Shown here: positions 52,291 through 64,000 of the stretch, one piece after another
Layout of the letters: each line of letters begins with the position of its first letter
Position numbering within the stretch: the first letter of the stretch is position 1
NCBI RefSeq assembly: GCF_009914755.1
Contig: NC_060940.1
Strand: one strand, 5' to 3'
Length of the DNA stretch: 64,000 bases
DNA from: the human T2T-CHM13v2.0 reference genome, Homo sapiens
Notes under the pieces: generated by a model
What the model was told of the DNA's origin: nothing
What the model saw: the letters and a program-made list of their open reading frames with translations, nothing else
The model's database searches: none
Program-made: the position numbers and the translations under genes

Positions 52291-53098
52291 TTATGATGGT
52301 TGGGTTTTTATAAATGGCTGGGTTTTGGTAGTTAGCTTACTTTGGCCCAAACACTGTGCTGAGCATTTTACACATCATCTCTAATTCTCACAGCAATTCC
52401 AATCCTGGGGTTCCTACTATTATCACCCCCACTTTACAGCTGAGGAAACAGGCTTTGAGAGATACAGTTACTTGTCCAGGCTCATACCTGACTAAGCTCA
52501 ATTCCAGACCTGGTACTCTTAAGCACTAGGCAAAGGGATTCCATCCTAGTCAGCATCATCTGTGAGGAATTTTAACTAGGCCCTGCTCTGCAGAACAGCA
52601 CAGAAGTCCTTTGATTTCCTATTCAGCCAACTCACGCAGAAACAGCCATGGAACCTTATAAAGGTCTCACCTGCCCAACACACAGTCCCAAACTTGGAGT
52701 GTGCTTGTGAGCCAGGATAGGAGACCAAGGCCAGAGGCTCTGGGTGCGTCTCTTGTCCTGGCACACATTACTTCTACCTGGTTCGCGTTACCCGAGCTCA
52801 GGAGGGGCTGACATGTCATCAGCATGTGTTCCGGGGAGGCTTTTGCCCTTTGTCTTAGAACCCTGTCTGAAGAATCAGTCCCCTGGAACCATCTCTGGTC
52901 ATTCGGCTCTTGGCACCACACTGGGCACTCTGCTGGGCTTGTGCAAGGTGCTCTCTGAATAAATGTACCATCCCTAAAGCTTACTTCACCTGATGGTAAG
53001 TGGGCAGGAAGGTGTGTGTGAAGGGCAGTGGATGCTACTGTTTCTATTAATATTTAATTCTAATTCCAATTCAGACGCCCACCACTTCTTTCAGTTTA

Positions 53099-53317
<219 letters not shown>

Positions 53318-53334
53318 TTAATCACTATATTGAA

Positions 53335-53595
53335 TTTATTATACTTTAAGTTTTAGGGTACATGTGCACAACGTGCAGGTTTGTTACATAGGTATACATG
53401 TGCCATGTTGGTTTGCTGCACCCATCAACTCATCATTTACATTAGGTATTTCTCCTAATGCTGTCCCTCCCCAAACCCCCTACCCCTTGACAGGCCCTGG
53501 TAAATGATGCTCCCCACCCTCTGTCCAAGTGACCTCATTGTTCAGTTCCCACCTATGAGCGAGAACACACAGTGTTTGGTTTTCTGTCCTTGTGA
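53335..53595 (-). mobile_element. 5'-truncated L1PA 3' end (~260 bp) in NDUFAB1 intron 2
   Basis: ttattatactttaagttttagggtacatgtgcacaacgtgcaggtttgttaca is the L1PA 3'UTR reverse complement; degenerate TSD actatattgaattt / actacatcgaattt. Confidence 0.9.
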
Positions 53596-53715
53596 CTACA
53601 TCGAATTTTTTTTAACATACAGAGGCTATAACTGACATTTTATATGTAACCTATGCTAGTATGTACATGGTTTGCTTTATCTTACTCTGTTTTGAAGTGA
53701 ACAATATATACATAG

Positions 53716-63097
<9,382 letters not shown>

Positions 63098-63166
63098 CGA
63101 AATCACTGCCTCCCGGCGTTTCAGCCTCACGCAGATTTCATCAGCTCAAGCTATATACTACAGGTA

Positions 63167-63397
63167 CAGTCGTTCCTTGGTATTTGCGCAGATTGGTTCC
63201 AGGACCCCCGACTATACCCAAATCCCCGCACACTCACGTCCCGCAGTCAGCCTTGCAGAATCCGCTTATAGGAAGAGCCTGCCCTCCTTATACGCGGGGC
63301 GGCACATCCCGTAAATACTGGTCGCGTTTGGTTGAAAAAAAATCCGCATATAAGTGGACCCGCGCAATTCAAATCCTTATTGGTCAAAGGTCACTTG
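63167..63397 (+). mobile_element. MER8 (Tigger-family MITE)
   Basis: TA|cagtcgttccttggtat..gattggttccaggaccccc..gttgaaaaaaaatccgcatataagtggacccgcgca..; ~230 bp matching the remembered MER8 consensus. Confidence 0.75.
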
Positions 63398-63719
63398 GCT
63401 TGTTTCCTAGAATTACTTCCAGGAGTCCTGGACACAGGCAGAAGGTGCTGCAGGGAAGAGTAAGGACAGAACTGCAGAGAGAAAACCGCTCTGGAGAAGG
63501 CTGTAGGCCAGTGTGGCTGCCTCTTTGCATGCTGCTTTCACTACAATACGGTGACCGCTATTTTGAGACCGTACGAGGTGCTCTAGCCGCATTAACTCAT
63601 CTAATCCTCATTGCTACTCCGCAAGGTAGAGACCAGGATCCCAATTTTGCAGGTGAGTGTGAGCCAGGCTAGGAGACTTGTCCAAAGTTTCGGTAAGCGG
63701 CAGCCCAGCAGTGCTGGAC

Positions 63720-64000
<281 letters not shown>

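Noticed and set aside
52631-52990. Several minus-strand donor-like sites (CAG|GTGAG at ~52670, CAG|GTAGA at ~52777) suggesting a cryptic NDUFAB1 exon
   Set aside because: No convincing paired acceptor or frame could be established from sequence alone; needs RNA-seq.

Overview
Human (primate) genomic DNA, recognisable from the encoded proteins as the EARS2-UBFD1-NDUFAB1 cluster (16p12.2, from memory). It holds coding exons 1-5 of EARS2 (mitochondrial glutamyl-tRNA synthetase, - strand, continuing off the left edge), the complete UBFD1 gene (7 coding exons splicing to 309 aa, ~3.8 kb 3'UTR, + strand) and most of NDUFAB1 (mitochondrial acyl carrier protein, - strand; the start of exon 1 lies off the right edge). 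EARS2 and UBFD1 are head-to-head on a CpG island with ATGs 400 bp apart; UBFD1 and NDUFAB1 are tail-to-tail. All exon boundaries were placed by reading GT/AG sites and checking frame continuity. Introns are saturated with Alus. They also contain a SUB1/PC4 processed pseudogene broken by about six Alus, a full-length SVA antisense in NDUFAB1 intron 3, an ERV1-type solo LTR inside an Alu, and MaLR, Tigger/MER and L1 relics. Almost all other listed ORFs are Alu or GC-content artefacts. I see no new gene system. The most interesting points are a 224-codon in-frame upstream extension of UBFD1 starting at a MIR-derived ATG, the SVA with an expanded 29-bp hexamer superstructure next to NDUFAB1 exon 4, and the compact bidirectional promoter. 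Repeat boundaries and subfamily names are approximate, judged by eye.
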